Below are positions 28,157 to 41,964 of a stretch of 64,000 nucleotides of DNA, piece by piece; the stretch's first letter is position 1; each line of letters opens with the position of its first letter. The notes below the pieces were generated by a model. It ran no database searches. It saw only the letters and a program-made list of their open reading frames with translations, and was not told where the DNA came from. Origin of the DNA: the human T2T-CHM13v2.0 reference genome, Homo sapiens; the NCBI RefSeq assembly GCF_009914755.1, contig NC_060932.1; one strand, 5' to 3'. Position numbers and translations under genes: made by a program.

Positions 28157-29631
28157 TAGGCATTTGGTAAATATTTAATGAATGAATGAAGGAGATAATG
28201 AATAAATTAAAGATAGTGGGATTCTGACAGATTTACTTCCTCATCCGTGAAATGGGAATGATACCTGCTAGCATAGCCCTATTGCATTTTAGGCATGTAA
28301 TTCATCACACATCTCTTCCTCTACATCTAGGCCTATATAGGATTATTTTCTATCATCTACATCCTGAGAATAGAGTTAAAAATAAATCCCTCCTTAAAAC
28401 AGCAGCATTCCAACTCCACAGTTCCACTATCTAGATTTCATTTTGCAAATTAGCTTGACAAATACACTATTTCTATTTGGTTTGTCCTATTTTACAGAGT
28501 AGATGCTCAGTATATCTTAATTTCATTTTTCTTTCTCCCTTCATTTTTTATGTACATAAACATTGTCTCAGCAAATAAGTTCCTTTTACAGATTTTTTGC
28601 TCATTTTGGTAAAATCTAAAATACTATAATTCAAGTACTAAGCAGAGATTCAATCAATGTTGGCTTAAATATATATAAAAGACAAGAAATTTAATAATAA
28701 CATCTTTCTCTTTGCAGAAATGCAGATGGTCAGAATGCCTTGTTTGGCCATTCCCAAGTATGAGTTATTGTCAGGGAAAGTGTGGACCCAGCTAGAACAG
28801 CAATGATTTTGCAGTATACACCTCCTGGCTGCTTACATCCCTGAAAGGCAGTGAACAAAGGCACAGCAGGCCCCGGGGTTGCTTTGGTTAGATTCTGCTA
28901 TCCGCAGAGATCTTTTGGTGACCACATACACGTTTCAGTTTATTTATCTAAGGGCTCCTCTTGTAGGGCCAGACCAGGGAAAAAGGGAAAAGGGAGGCCA
29001 GATGTGTTAAGGATGGCAAGTGCCTGGAAAGCCTTGGATTGGGTTTCAGTTAGTAATTATAAAATGCTAAGTATAATCCAGGGTATTCTAGTTTCCCTTC
29101 CCAGACCACAGACCCCTGGGGGAAAGTACACTATAACAAATAAAGGTGCTCTCTCAGCACACTGGGAAGTATTCGCAGATTTTCAGATATTTTTTCATTG
29201 AAGAATCCAAACTTGAATTGAGTCATATTTGGGAAGTGTGTCTGACCTACATAACAATGATGAGTGCAAAATGGTTTGTAAGTAAGATCCCAAGCTTCAG
29301 AGGCCTGAGTAATGTTGCCCACACCGCTCAGTATGGGGTCCTCTTCCCTTTAGGCACAACATTTAGCTGTTGTTGTATAACAACAGCTAAAACTTCCTTC
29401 TTACGTTGCAATGAGGCTAAAAACACAGAGCAGCTACAAAGAGGAGCACTCAGGGGAAGAAATCTTTAAGACATTATTATTAGGTTGGCACAATTACTTT
29501 TGCACAAACCTAATAGTATGTAGAAAATAAGATACTGGATATTGTAAAATAGAGAATTATTAAAGAAAAAGCGGTCTCCTTGAGATGTGTGTAATAAAAA
29601 TGAAGAACAAAAGAGGTAAAAATATTGGTGA

Positions 29632-30034
<403 letters not shown>

Positions 30035-30429
30035 AAATTTTTTTTTTAATTGACAGATAATGCTAAGTACATTTATTATGTACAACATGGTGTGTTTAGG
30101 TATAATAATAATCTTTTATGGTAGTTATTTTCTCTTTTTTACAGCTGATGAAATTGAGAACATAGACAAGTGATTCATGAAAGATAGTATACCTATAGCA
30201 TGTGAGAATTGATGACCTAGATTTGTCTGACTCCAAAGTGTACAATCTATGTCCTATGCTACATGGACTTACTACTTAACATTTCTGAATTTTTAACCAT
30301 TTTAAACTAAGAGACTGATCATTATTTCAGGTTTGGTGCAAGAGAAGACAAATTTCAACCAGGAATTTAAAAAAAATGCTTGTAAGTGTGAAATGAAATG
30401 AGATTTATTGACTAATGACAAGTGGTATT

Positions 30430-32925
30430 TTTAAAATATTTTTTGAGGCTTCAGGTTTGAGATGAAATGGCATACACTCATTTCCCCTGCTTCTCCCTGC
30501 TAAGTACAACTAAAAACACATGGAAATAATACAGAGGACAGTAATAAGAGAATTCTGAAGGGTGGACAGAAGAAAGTGAACTGATGAGGAACCAAGTCCA
30601 GGACTTGAGTAAAAGCACAATGATCCTCTGTCTTCTGACTCTGCACCCATTGGTGGAAGATGTCAGGCCTGTCATTTCCCGGTGCTCCCCTTAGGAGGAG
30701 AATGGGCTCAGTTCTCCACAGTAACATGAGCAGAGAGCAAGTGGGAGCTGAGTTGACATCAGCCAGCCTGTAGAGCAGACCAAGTGAAATGACGTCTGAG
30801 CCCCTCATCATGCAGCCTGGGGAGATCCTTTCCTCCCTTCACTAACAGGGACGAAGCAGGAGTACCTTGCAACCTGGAGAAGAGTCTTCCACCCTTACAG
30901 GCCCACAATTTCCTCCTCACCCTCAAACTAGCAGCACCAGGTGCAAGGAACACATTCTTTCGCCAGTGACAGAACCAGTAGAAAAATGGAGCCAGAGCCC
31001 GACTGTCACCAAGGATAACAGAATAGCATTCCAAGGGCTCTGAAAACTAAATTGTCATTGAAACCGCAGCTCACAGAAGCAGGTCGGGACTTGTGTGCTA
31101 AGTCTAAACAGGGTGTCTCCCTGCTAAAATAAAAGTTTAAATAGGGTCCAGAGTCTCTTAGAATAACACCCAAATATCCAGGAGACGATGAGAAATAACT
31201 TCTTTTATCAAGAAATGAGAAAAGAAAAGAGATTCTAATTGAAATGAATCATATGTTGAAATTGTTTAATAAGGATGTTAAAACAGCCATCATAAAAATG
31301 TTCCAATGGACAATTTCAAATACTCTTGAAAAAATAGAAAATTGTCTCAAAATATAGGAGAAATAAAAAATAAATGGAAAATATAGAACTGAAAAATACA
31401 ATATAAATAAATTTTAAAATTTCACTGAGTGGGCTTGATAGTGGAGTGAATATAATAAAGGAAAAAATAGTAACTTGAAAATAGAACAATATAAATTATT
31501 TAATCTTAACAACACAGAGAAAATAGAAAAACAATGAACAGAGCCTCAAGGGCCATAACAAAATATCTATTACTTATACCATCCATGTGTCAGAAAAAGA
31601 AGACAAAGAAGGTAGGACTGCAAATTTATTTGAAGAAGAAATAATTAAAAACTTCCCACATTTGGCAAATGACATAGACCTACAGATTTCAAAGAGCTGA
31701 TTGAACTACAAGTAAAATAAACCCAAAGAATTCAGAGCAAGACTTATCGTAACTGAATGTCTGAAAATAAAGACAAAGAAAAGATCTTGAAAGTAGCCAG
31801 AGAAAAATGACTCTATCTATAGGGGACCACTTATTTGAATGACATTAGATTTCTCATCTCGGACCATGGAGGCTGGAATTAAGTGGCACATTTTTCAAGT
31901 ACTGAAAGAAAAGGAATCCTACATTCAGTAAAAATTTACTTCATTAACAATAAAAGGAAAAAAAATTCCAGATGATGAAAAACTAAGATAAGTTGTTATC
32001 AGCTGACTTTTCCTTAAAAAATGACTAAAGAAAGTTTTTCAAACAGAAAGAAAATGATAACTGAAGAAGGCTTGGAGCTTCAGAGAGGACAGAACAAAGG
32101 AATGGGTAAAAATATGGAGAAATATAATTATTTTACTCCTCAGGAGTTTATTAGATCATATGTGATGATTAAAGCAAAAATTATAACAACATATTTTGGA
32201 TGTTGTAATGTAAAGGAAATAGTCAAGACATCATATTTTATATAATAATATTTATAATATATTTTATATAATACATTTTGTATACTTATATTAAATATCT
32301 TAATATATTTTATATATTTACTATATTTTATATAATAAGTAGTTAAGACATTATATTTTTAAATTGGAGAAGGGAAAGGAACCAAAGTGGAAGTAAAGTT
32401 TCACTACACTGGAAGTAGTAAAATGTCAATACTAGTAGACTGCAATAAGTCATGTATGTATGTTGCAATACCTAGAGCAATGGCTAAGGACACTATACAA
32501 AGCAATATACTCAAAAACACTACATAAATCAAAATGAGATGCTAGATAACGTTTGAGTGACCTACAAAAAGTAAAGAGAAAGAAGAAAGAGAAATAAAAG
32601 GAGCAAATAGAAAACAAAATATAAAATGGCAGTCTTAAACCCAATGTATCAATAAACATTTTAAATATAAAGGGTATTAATGCACCAATACAAAGACAGA
32701 CCTTGGCAGAGTTTATAAAACAAAACAAACAATGACCCAACTGTATTCTGTCTACAAGAAATTCGTTTTAAATATAACATGAGTAGATTGAAATTAAAAG
32801 GGTAGAAAAAGTATATTATGCAAACATTAAAAATAGCTAAAGTGGCTATATTAATATTAGCTAAAACAGACTTTAGAGCGAAGACAATCACTAGGGACAA
32901 AAAGGAACATTACACAATGATTCAT
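30430..32925 (+). mobile_element. Old L1M 5' region: 5' UTR, degenerate ORF1, spacer and start of ORF2 endonuclease
   Basis: A-rich ORF1-like text (aatgaacagagcctcaagg, aaaacttcccacatttggc, gaaaagatcttgaaagtagccagagaaaaa) and EN-like aatgacccaactgtattctgtctacaagaa; many stops. Confidence 0.8.
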
Positions 32926-33918
32926 TTTAAATCCTGACTTTAAGCAAGAAATCTTTCCATGTTTACAGTGATAATATTAATAAAATAAAATATGTATGAC
33001 CTGACGTTATACATCAGAGCAGAGATGTATACGGTTTATCACAGGGTACCTTATACAACCCAAACTCTTTCATTAATATTAAACATTATTATCAATTTTT
33101 TTTTTCTGATTGCCCAAGTGATACAAAATCAAACAAAAATCCAGCCAAATAGAAAAGTAATTCAAAGGCCTAGAAATGGCATGGTCTTTGACATGTTTGC
33201 AAACGAAATAAAGCCTTTATGGCATGTGGGAGGTTATTTGGAGGAAGAGTAGATGAGTTAATGGAGGCAGCCAGAGGCCAGATCATACAGACCCTTTGTA
33301 GACCATGAGAAGGAGCTTGGCTTTTGATTCTAAAGGCATTGTGAAGTGATGGTGGTATTATTTTAAGTATAGGAATGATACGATTACAGTTTTATGATCC
33401 TGAAACTACTGGGGAGAAAGAGAATTGGGTATTGTTTAGGGGATGATAAACGTAGAGCATCTAGGTAGGGATGCCCTGTTATTCAAACAGGTCAGGAACA
33501 AAAGACAGAGTCATAGCTTTGTGGGTCACAGGCATAGAGTTCATCCGCAGGGGAACCATGTAAACAGAAGAGAGAAAAACTGAGAAGAAAATCCCAGGAA
33601 ACACCAATATAGAGATTGTGGGCAGACAAAGAGGAGCCAAAGGGAAAATTCCAACTGCATACATTTTGTGTCTGGATTTATTTCTAGATCAAGCATCTGT
33701 CTTGTAATCCTTTATCTTTTACTATCCTAATGAAATGGACTGAGACATCGTTTGACCTCTGGGGTATTTTATTTAATGTAGGTTTCTTATTCATTTTGTC
33801 ACGTAAAAAGTAGTACTGGTGCTAGATAAAAGAAGGGTCTAGGGTTTAAAATGCTCAGGGTTGTTTTGCTTGTTTCATTAAGAAGCTAAGAAGAGCAAAC
33901 TACTCATGGGTCATTTAA

Positions 33919-34291
<373 letters not shown>

Positions 34292-36957
34292 TGAATGTCT
34301 AACCATTGATCCTACTTGGAGGATTTATTATGCCTGAGCTATTTGAGCCAATATGTTTATGATTAGTTATAAATTCAGTGAGATTTCAAATTACCTGTTA
34401 CAAAGTTCTTTCCAGAGCTAACACAAAATCAACCAAAGAAAGCATACCATTAAAGCCCCTTTTATCTCATAGCTTGTTTTCAAATCATTGCCTCTCACTT
34501 GGTGTTGTGACTAGGAAGACTATTTCCCTCTTTCTATCTCTGTTTCCATCCATCTACCTTTTGTTTACTGTATTGATCATTGTTTTGAGTTTGCATCCAC
34601 TACTCAATGAACAAAAAAGGGGCTAAAAGTTTAGAATTAAAAGAAGTAAAGATAAAGAAAGTAAAATCAATAATTCTAGCAAAAGTTTTCACATTTTAGG
34701 AGTAGATTAGTATATTTAGTGAACAAATGTTGAAGTTTCTTTAAAAAAAGGCTGACTTAAATATTGAGTTGATACATATCCTGTCAATAATGTCTTCTAA
34801 CCTGAATGAGAAAAAATATGGCTTATAGACAAGTATGTATGTAGCAAGAGCGAGTCTTAAATTCTCAAAGGAAAGGTGAACAAGCAAGCCAGAGCCCAGC
34901 GTGAATAGTGCATAAAAGCCTGTAAGAAAACATTCAGGTTGATGACCTGCCACGGTAATGCAAAGTTCAGATCACAGAATACCTGGCTCTCCTCCCAGTG
35001 TTTACTTTCTTGGGTGTTGACTAATTCTAAGACTGTTAGGTTATTCCTCTTAATAATGCTTTAAAACTAAAGGCAGATATCTATAAAGTCTTTTACAATG
35101 GGATAAAGATAACAGGAAACAAATCAGAAGGTTCAAGGAATACACTAGTTCTCTTTTCCTTGCTCCTATCTGTGTTGAAGGTATATTGGAAAAGATATGG
35201 ATCACAGCTGCCTATGTGTTCCTTGACCTGATGTCTCACTTTACTCATTTGTATCATATGAACCAATTTTTACCTTGTAAGATTATAGATAATTCACTTA
35301 AAGCACCCCATACGTAAAAAGTGGGCAAAAAATTATAATCATCTATATCAAAGTTTTGCCACTCTTTTTAAATTCAAGAATAGCTATCTCTAAATCTCAC
35401 CAATGGAATCTCATTACAAAGTTTTCCAATTTGACAAACTGGTAAAGAAGAGGAGAAACAGTCTGGGATCCAGGAGTCCTGGGTTTACATTACTTATGCA
35501 ATGAACTTGGCAGAGATGTCTTCATCACCCTGGACTTTGGTTTCATCAATTAGAAAATGTGGTTATTTGCAAACATATTTGGTTGTCCTAATTACTTCAC
35601 ATTCAAGAACTGGAGTAATAGTAATAATACTAACAATGCTTAGTATATGACCAGCCCTATTCTAATTCGTTTGTACATAATGGCTGACATAATCCTCACA
35701 CTAGCCCTACATATTATTCTCATATCATTGTTTCTTACAGAAAAGGAACTGAGGCACAGAAGAGTTGAGCAATTATATAGTCAATTGCAGAGGGAAATTC
35801 AGATATAGGTACATTAGTGCCACATTCAAGGTTCCTAACCATCATGCATAGTGCATGTTAGGTGATAGGTCCATTTGGCTGACATATTTGGAGAAGAAAT
35901 TAAAACCCTTAAGACAAGTTTTTATGGATGAAAAGAAAAAAGGCTGAAAACAATGATGAGAAATGGAAACTTCCACTCCAGTTTCCTGAGCATTAAGGTA
36001 TTAACATTGTTTGGGAGGCTTTGGCAGTCTGGAATAATTTCTCATTTGTGACCCTGACACAAAAAGAGGGGAGATAGACAATGATGGCATGCTTAATATG
36101 CATGGAGATTTCTTGCATATTTTCCATTTAGCATCCCAGTCCCTAATGCGTGCAATTTGAATTTTCTTCTTGATTTAGCTTATGCACTGCTAGCTAATAT
36201 TACATCTTTGACAGAATATGACAAGCATGTATCTTGGATGTGATCTGTTTCTCATATGTTATTCCATTTTTGCTTTCAGTTTATTCTAATATAGCTGATT
36301 TTGCACCAAGAAACCAGAAGAGAATGGAAAGTAAAGAAAAGAGGCATATGACTTGGATAATAATTTACTGCTTGGTTTAAAAATTCTAATTCATCTCATG
36401 GATTTTTATACCAACTCCAGCTTAGATCAGAAAATGTGTAGGTGTTAGGGGCATAATCTCACCCTACTTTTTTTAAAACAATGTGCTAAATATTTTTTGG
36501 CAGTATGTTAATCACTCTCTTAGAAATGGAAATTCTGCAATAAACAGCACAAACCTTAACTTGCTTCCTGATTCAGGCGTTTTTGATTATGAGGAAGCTG
36601 GCATCTGTTCACAGACTTAACACCACCTTTCCTGAATCCATATTTCTTCATCTCGCTTATCTGCTAAGGGATTATGTTCATATTTTAGAATATAAAATTT
36701 TTCTTGCTCATTATCCCCTAAGGGAGTTGTTAAAACACACACAAGATGAAATGTAATTTTTAACTATAAGGAAAACTAACTAGTGAAAAAACTGCATAAA
36801 TCAGAGATGAGGCCCAGCTTGCCTTGGTTTGAGGGCCTCTGGGCCCTGCCTCAAAGTTTGTTTGTTTGTTTAGTTATCCCAGTTGTTGCTGGATTTTTCA
36901 TTCTATATAGTGAAGGCAACAAAAAATGGGAGTTCAGAAATTGATGCTTGGAGAGCA

Positions 36958-36994
36958 GGTGATAGATGATAGATATAGATAGATAGATAGGCAG

Positions 36995-37028
<34 letters not shown>

Positions 37029-37117
37029 GTGTATATATCTTTAGCTATAGCTTTACAGATGTGTAGATCTATATATAAACGTATAGCTATATAGATCTCT
37101 TTCTCTCTCTATCTAGC
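36958..37117. repeat. Compound (GATA)n/(TA)n/(GA)n...(TC)n low-complexity repeat
   Basis: Direct read. Confidence 0.9.
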
Positions 37118-37546
37118 TCCTTAATCCTTAACCCCAATAAATCAAAAAGTTCCTTGATTTGAGCTTATGATTCTTGAAATAATGGAAGTTCATCCTTTAT
37201 AATGATCTCTGAATGCATGTCTTAGTAGTTCAAGTCTGTAAATCCAGGTTACTCTGTATTCCAACAAGGTTGAAGAGAAGAGATGAAAGCTCAAACCGTC
37301 ACTTCAGAGAATGGGAAATAACCAAAGCAAGTTGAAAGATTAGTGGGAATAAATACTGAATTAGCATTATTTTTAATCCTAAACTTAGCCTAACACATTA
37401 AGTGGACCTAATTTTTCAGCTTTAATATGCCAAGATAAAAAAGTACACAGCACATATTCCCTCAAGATAAGCAATCTCCCATACCTGCAAACATCAGTCC
37501 TTCCCTACTGCCACCAGCCCTCCCATGGCAGTAAAACAATCCATTG

Positions 37547-40500
37547 TCTTCGAACCAGCTAACAACACTATAACATGATCAAAATGTGACATATCAATAT
37601 TAACCTTGAATGTAAAGAGTCTAAATGCCCCCAATTAAAACAGAGTGGCAAGTTGGATTAACAAAAAACAAGCCCAACCTTCTGCTGTCTTCAAGGGACC
37701 CATCTCACATGTAATGATATTCAGAGAATTGAAGTAAAGAAATGGAGAAAGCCCTACCAGGCAAACAGGAAACAAAAAAGAACAGGAGTCACTATTCTTG
37801 TATCAGATAAAACAGACTTTATTTATTCATTTATTTATTTATTTATTTATCCATCCATCCAAGATGGAGTCTTGTTCTGTCGCCCACGCTGGAGTGCAGT
37901 GGCGCAGTCTTGGCTCACTGCAACCTCTGTCTCCTGGGTTCAAGCAATTCTCCTACCTCAGCCTCCTGAGTATCTGGGATTACCAGTGCACACCACCACG
38001 CCCAGCTAATTTTTGTACTTTTAGTAGAGACGGGGTTCCACCATGTTGGCCAAGCTGGTTTCGAACTCCTGACCTTGTGATCCACCCTCCTCAACCTCCC
38101 AAAGTGCTGGAATTACAGGTGTGAGCCAGTGCGCCATCCTAAAACATGCTTGAAACCCACAACAGTAAAAAATGGACAAAGAAAGGCATTACGTAATGAT
38201 AAAGGATTCAATTCAACAGGAAGACTTAACTATTTTTAAATATATACACACTCAACATTGGAACACTAGACTCATAAAACAAGTACTTCAAGACTTATGA
38301 AAAAACTCAGGCAGCCACACAGTTATAGTGGGGGATTTAAACACCCCACTGACAGAGTTGGACAGATTATTGAGGCAGAAAACTAACAAAGATATTCTGG
38401 ACTGAAATTTGTCATCTGACCAGTTGGACTTAATAGACAGCTCCAGAATACAACATCCAGCACTCACAGAATAGACATTTTTCTCATCTGCACACAGAGC
38501 ATACACTAGCACTGACCACATGCTTAGCCTTTATGGCTATCTCAATAGGTTCTAAAAAAATTCAGGTCATGCCAAGCGTATTGCCAGACCATAATGAAAT
38601 AAAAATAGAAATGAATACCAACAGAATCTCTCAAAACCACACAATTACACAGAAACTAAACAACTTTATCCTGAATGACTTTTGGGTAAACAATGATATT
38701 CAGGCAGAAATAAAAAAAATTCTTTGAAATAAATGAAAACAGAGGCACAATATTCCAAAATCTATGGGATAGACCAAAAGCAATGTTAAGAGGAAAATCT
38801 ATAACACTAAATGCCTCCATCAAGAAGACAGAAGGATCTCAAATTACTAATCCAACATTGTACCTAGAGGAAATAGAAAACCAAGAACAAATTAACCCCA
38901 AAGCTAGCAGAAGAAAAGAAATAGCTAAAATCAGAGCAGAATTGAAAAAATTGAGACTAGGAAATCCATACAAAGGGTCAACAAAATGAAAAGTTAGTTT
39001 TTTGAAAAAATAACAAGATTGATAGACTGCTATCTAGATTAACAAAGAAAAAAGAGAGAAGATCCAAATAAGCATGATCAAAAACAACAAAGATGACATT
39101 ACAACTAATCCCACAGAAATACAAAAGATTCTTACAAACTATTATGAACACAAACTAGAAAATCTAGAGGAAATAGATAAATGCCTGGAAAATACAACCT
39201 CCCAAGATTGAAGAAATTGAAACCCTGAATAGACCAAAACAAGTTCAGAAGTTGAATCATTAATAAAGAACCTACCAATCAAAAATATCCTTTGGCCAGA
39301 TGGATTCATAATCAAATTTTACCAGAGAGAAAAAGAAGAGCTGATACCAGTCCTACTGAAACTATTCCAAAAAACTGAGGAAGAGGTACTATTTCTTAAC
39401 TCATTCTTAACTGCATAAACCAGCATCATCTTGATACCAAAATCTGGCAAAGACACAAGGAAAAAAGAAAACTACAGGCAAATATCCCTGATGAACATAG
39501 ACACAAAAAGTCTCAACAAAATACTAGCAAGCCAAATCCAGCGCACATCAAATAGTTAATTAACCATGATCAAGTAGGCTTTATGCCTAGGAAGCAAGAT
39601 TGGTTCAACATACACAATTAATAAATTTGATTCACCACATAAACAGAATTAAAAACAAAAACTGCATCTCAATAGATGCAGAAAAAACTTTCAATATAAT
39701 CTGATATCCCTATCCCTTCAGGATAAAAACCCTCAACAAACTAAGCATCAAAGGAACATATATCAAAATAATAATAAGAGCCATATATGAAAAACTCACA
39801 GCCAACTTCATACTGAATGGGTAAAAGCTGAAAGCATTCCCCGTAAGAACTGGAACAAGACAAGGAGGGCAACTCTCCCCACTCCTATTCAACATAGTAC
39901 TGGAAGTCCTATCCACAGCAATCAGGCAAGAGAAAGATACAAAAGGCATCTGAATAGGAAATAAAATTCAAAGTATCTCTCCTACCTAATGATACGATTC
40001 TATACCCAGGAAACCCTCAAGACTGCCAAGAGGCTCCTAGACGTGATAAATGACTTCGGTAAAGTTTTAGGATATAAAATCACTATACAAAAATTAGTAG
40101 CATTTCTATACCCCAATAATGTTCAAGCTGAGAGTTACTTTAAGAACACAATTTCATTTATAGTAGCCACACACACACACACAAAATTCCTGTGAATACA
40201 GCTAATTAAGGAAAGGAAAGATTTCTACAAGAAGAACTACAAAACATGGGTGAAAGAAATAATACATGACACAAACAAATGGAAAAACATTCCATACCCA
40301 TGGACTGGATGAATCAATATCATTAAAATGGACATATTACCCAAAACAATCCACACACTCAACACTATTCGTATTAAACTACCAGCATCATTTTTCTCAG
40401 AAATAGAACAAAACTATTCTAAAATTCATATAGAATCAAAGAAGAGCCCAAGTAGCCAAAGCAATCCTAAGCAAAAAGAACAAAGCCAAAGGCATCACAC

Positions 40501-41964
40501 TACCTGACTTCAAGCTATACTACAAGGCTACAGTAACCAAAACAGCCTGATATTAGTACAAAAGCAGACCCATAGACTAGTGGAACAGAATAGAGAACCA
40601 AGAAATAAAGCTACACACCTGCAATCAACTGATCTTTGACAAAGTCTATAAAAATAAGCAATGGGAAAAGGGCTCCCTATTTAATAAATGATGCTGGGAT
40701 AGCTGGCTAGCCATATGCAAAAGTCTGAGACTGGACCTTTACCCATTACCACATACAAAATTAACTGAAGGTGGCTTCAAGACATAAATGTAAGACTGAA
40801 ACTACTAAAATTCTGGAAGAAAACCTAGAAAATACCCTTCTGAACATTGGCCTTGGCAAAGAATTTATGACTAGGTCCTCAAAAGCCATTGCAACAAAAC
40901 CAAAAATTGACAAGTGAGATCTAATTAAATTACAAAGACCGCACAGCAGAATAAACTATAAACAGAGTAAACAGACAATCTACAGAATAGGAGAAAATAT
41001 CCACAAACTTTGCATCCGATAAAGGTCTGATGTTCACAATCTATTAAGAACTTAAATCAACAAGCAATAATAATAATAATAATCCCATTAAAAATGAGCA
41101 AAAGACGTGAACAGACACTTCTCAATAGAATACATACAAGCAGCCAAGAAACATATGAAAACATGGTTAACATCACTAATCAACGGAGAAATGCAAATCA
41201 AAATCACAGTGAGATATCATCTCACACCAGTCAGAATGGCTATTATGAAAAAGTAAAAAAATAACAGTTTCTGGCAAGGCTACAGAGAAAAGGGAATGCT
41301 TATATACTGTTAGTGGAAATGTAAATTAGTTCAGCCACTGTGGAAAGCAGTTTGGTGATTCTCAAAGAACTAAAAATAGAAGTACCATCCAACCCAGCAA
41401 TCTCATTACTGGGTATATACCCAAAGGAAAATATATCATTCTACCAAAAAGACACATGTACTCATATGTTCATTGTAATGCTATTCACAATAGCAAAGAC
41501 ATCAACAGCACTATTGACGGTAGCAAAAGACAGTCAACCTAGGTTCTCATCAGTGGTGGACAGGATAAAAAAATGTGGTACATATACACTATGGAATACC
41601 ATGCAGACATAAAAAAGAATGAAATCATGTCCTTTTCAGCAACATGGATGCAGCCGGAGGCTATTATTATAAGCAAATTAATGCAGAAATGGAATACCAA
41701 ATACTGCATGTTCTCACTTATAAGTGGAAGCTAAACAGTGGTTATACACAGATGATATAAAGATAGGAACAACAGACATTGAGGACTATAAAGGTGGGGA
41801 GAGGGCAGGGAAAGAGTTGAAAAACTACCTATTAGGTACTATGCTCCCTACCTGGGTGACGGGTTCAATTATACCCCAAACCTCAGCATCACACAGTATA
41901 CACTTGTAACAAACCTGCACATGTCCCCCAGGAATCTAAAATAAAAGTTGAAAATAAATAAATG
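37547..41964 (+). mobile_element. 5'-truncated L1 (L1PA15-17/L1PB age) with whole but degenerate ORF2 and 3' UTR
   Basis: Colinear ORF2 remnants (EN; RT motifs aactacaggcaaatatccctgatgaac, gatgcagaaaaaactttc, ggaacaagacaagga; Cys-rich C-terminus), 3' UTR and A tail; 17-bp TSD AGTAAAACAATCCATTG (37530-37546, 41965-41981). Confidence 0.95.
37818..38140 (-). mobile_element. AluS inserted in the L1 endonuclease region, with (TTTA)n(CCAT)n tail
   Basis: Reverse Alu; L1 text resumes at about 38141. Confidence 0.95.

Noticed and set aside
38533-41612. L1 ORF2p fragments as an active reverse transcriptase
   Set aside because: Many stops and frameshifts, an Alu insertion, no ORF1 or promoter.
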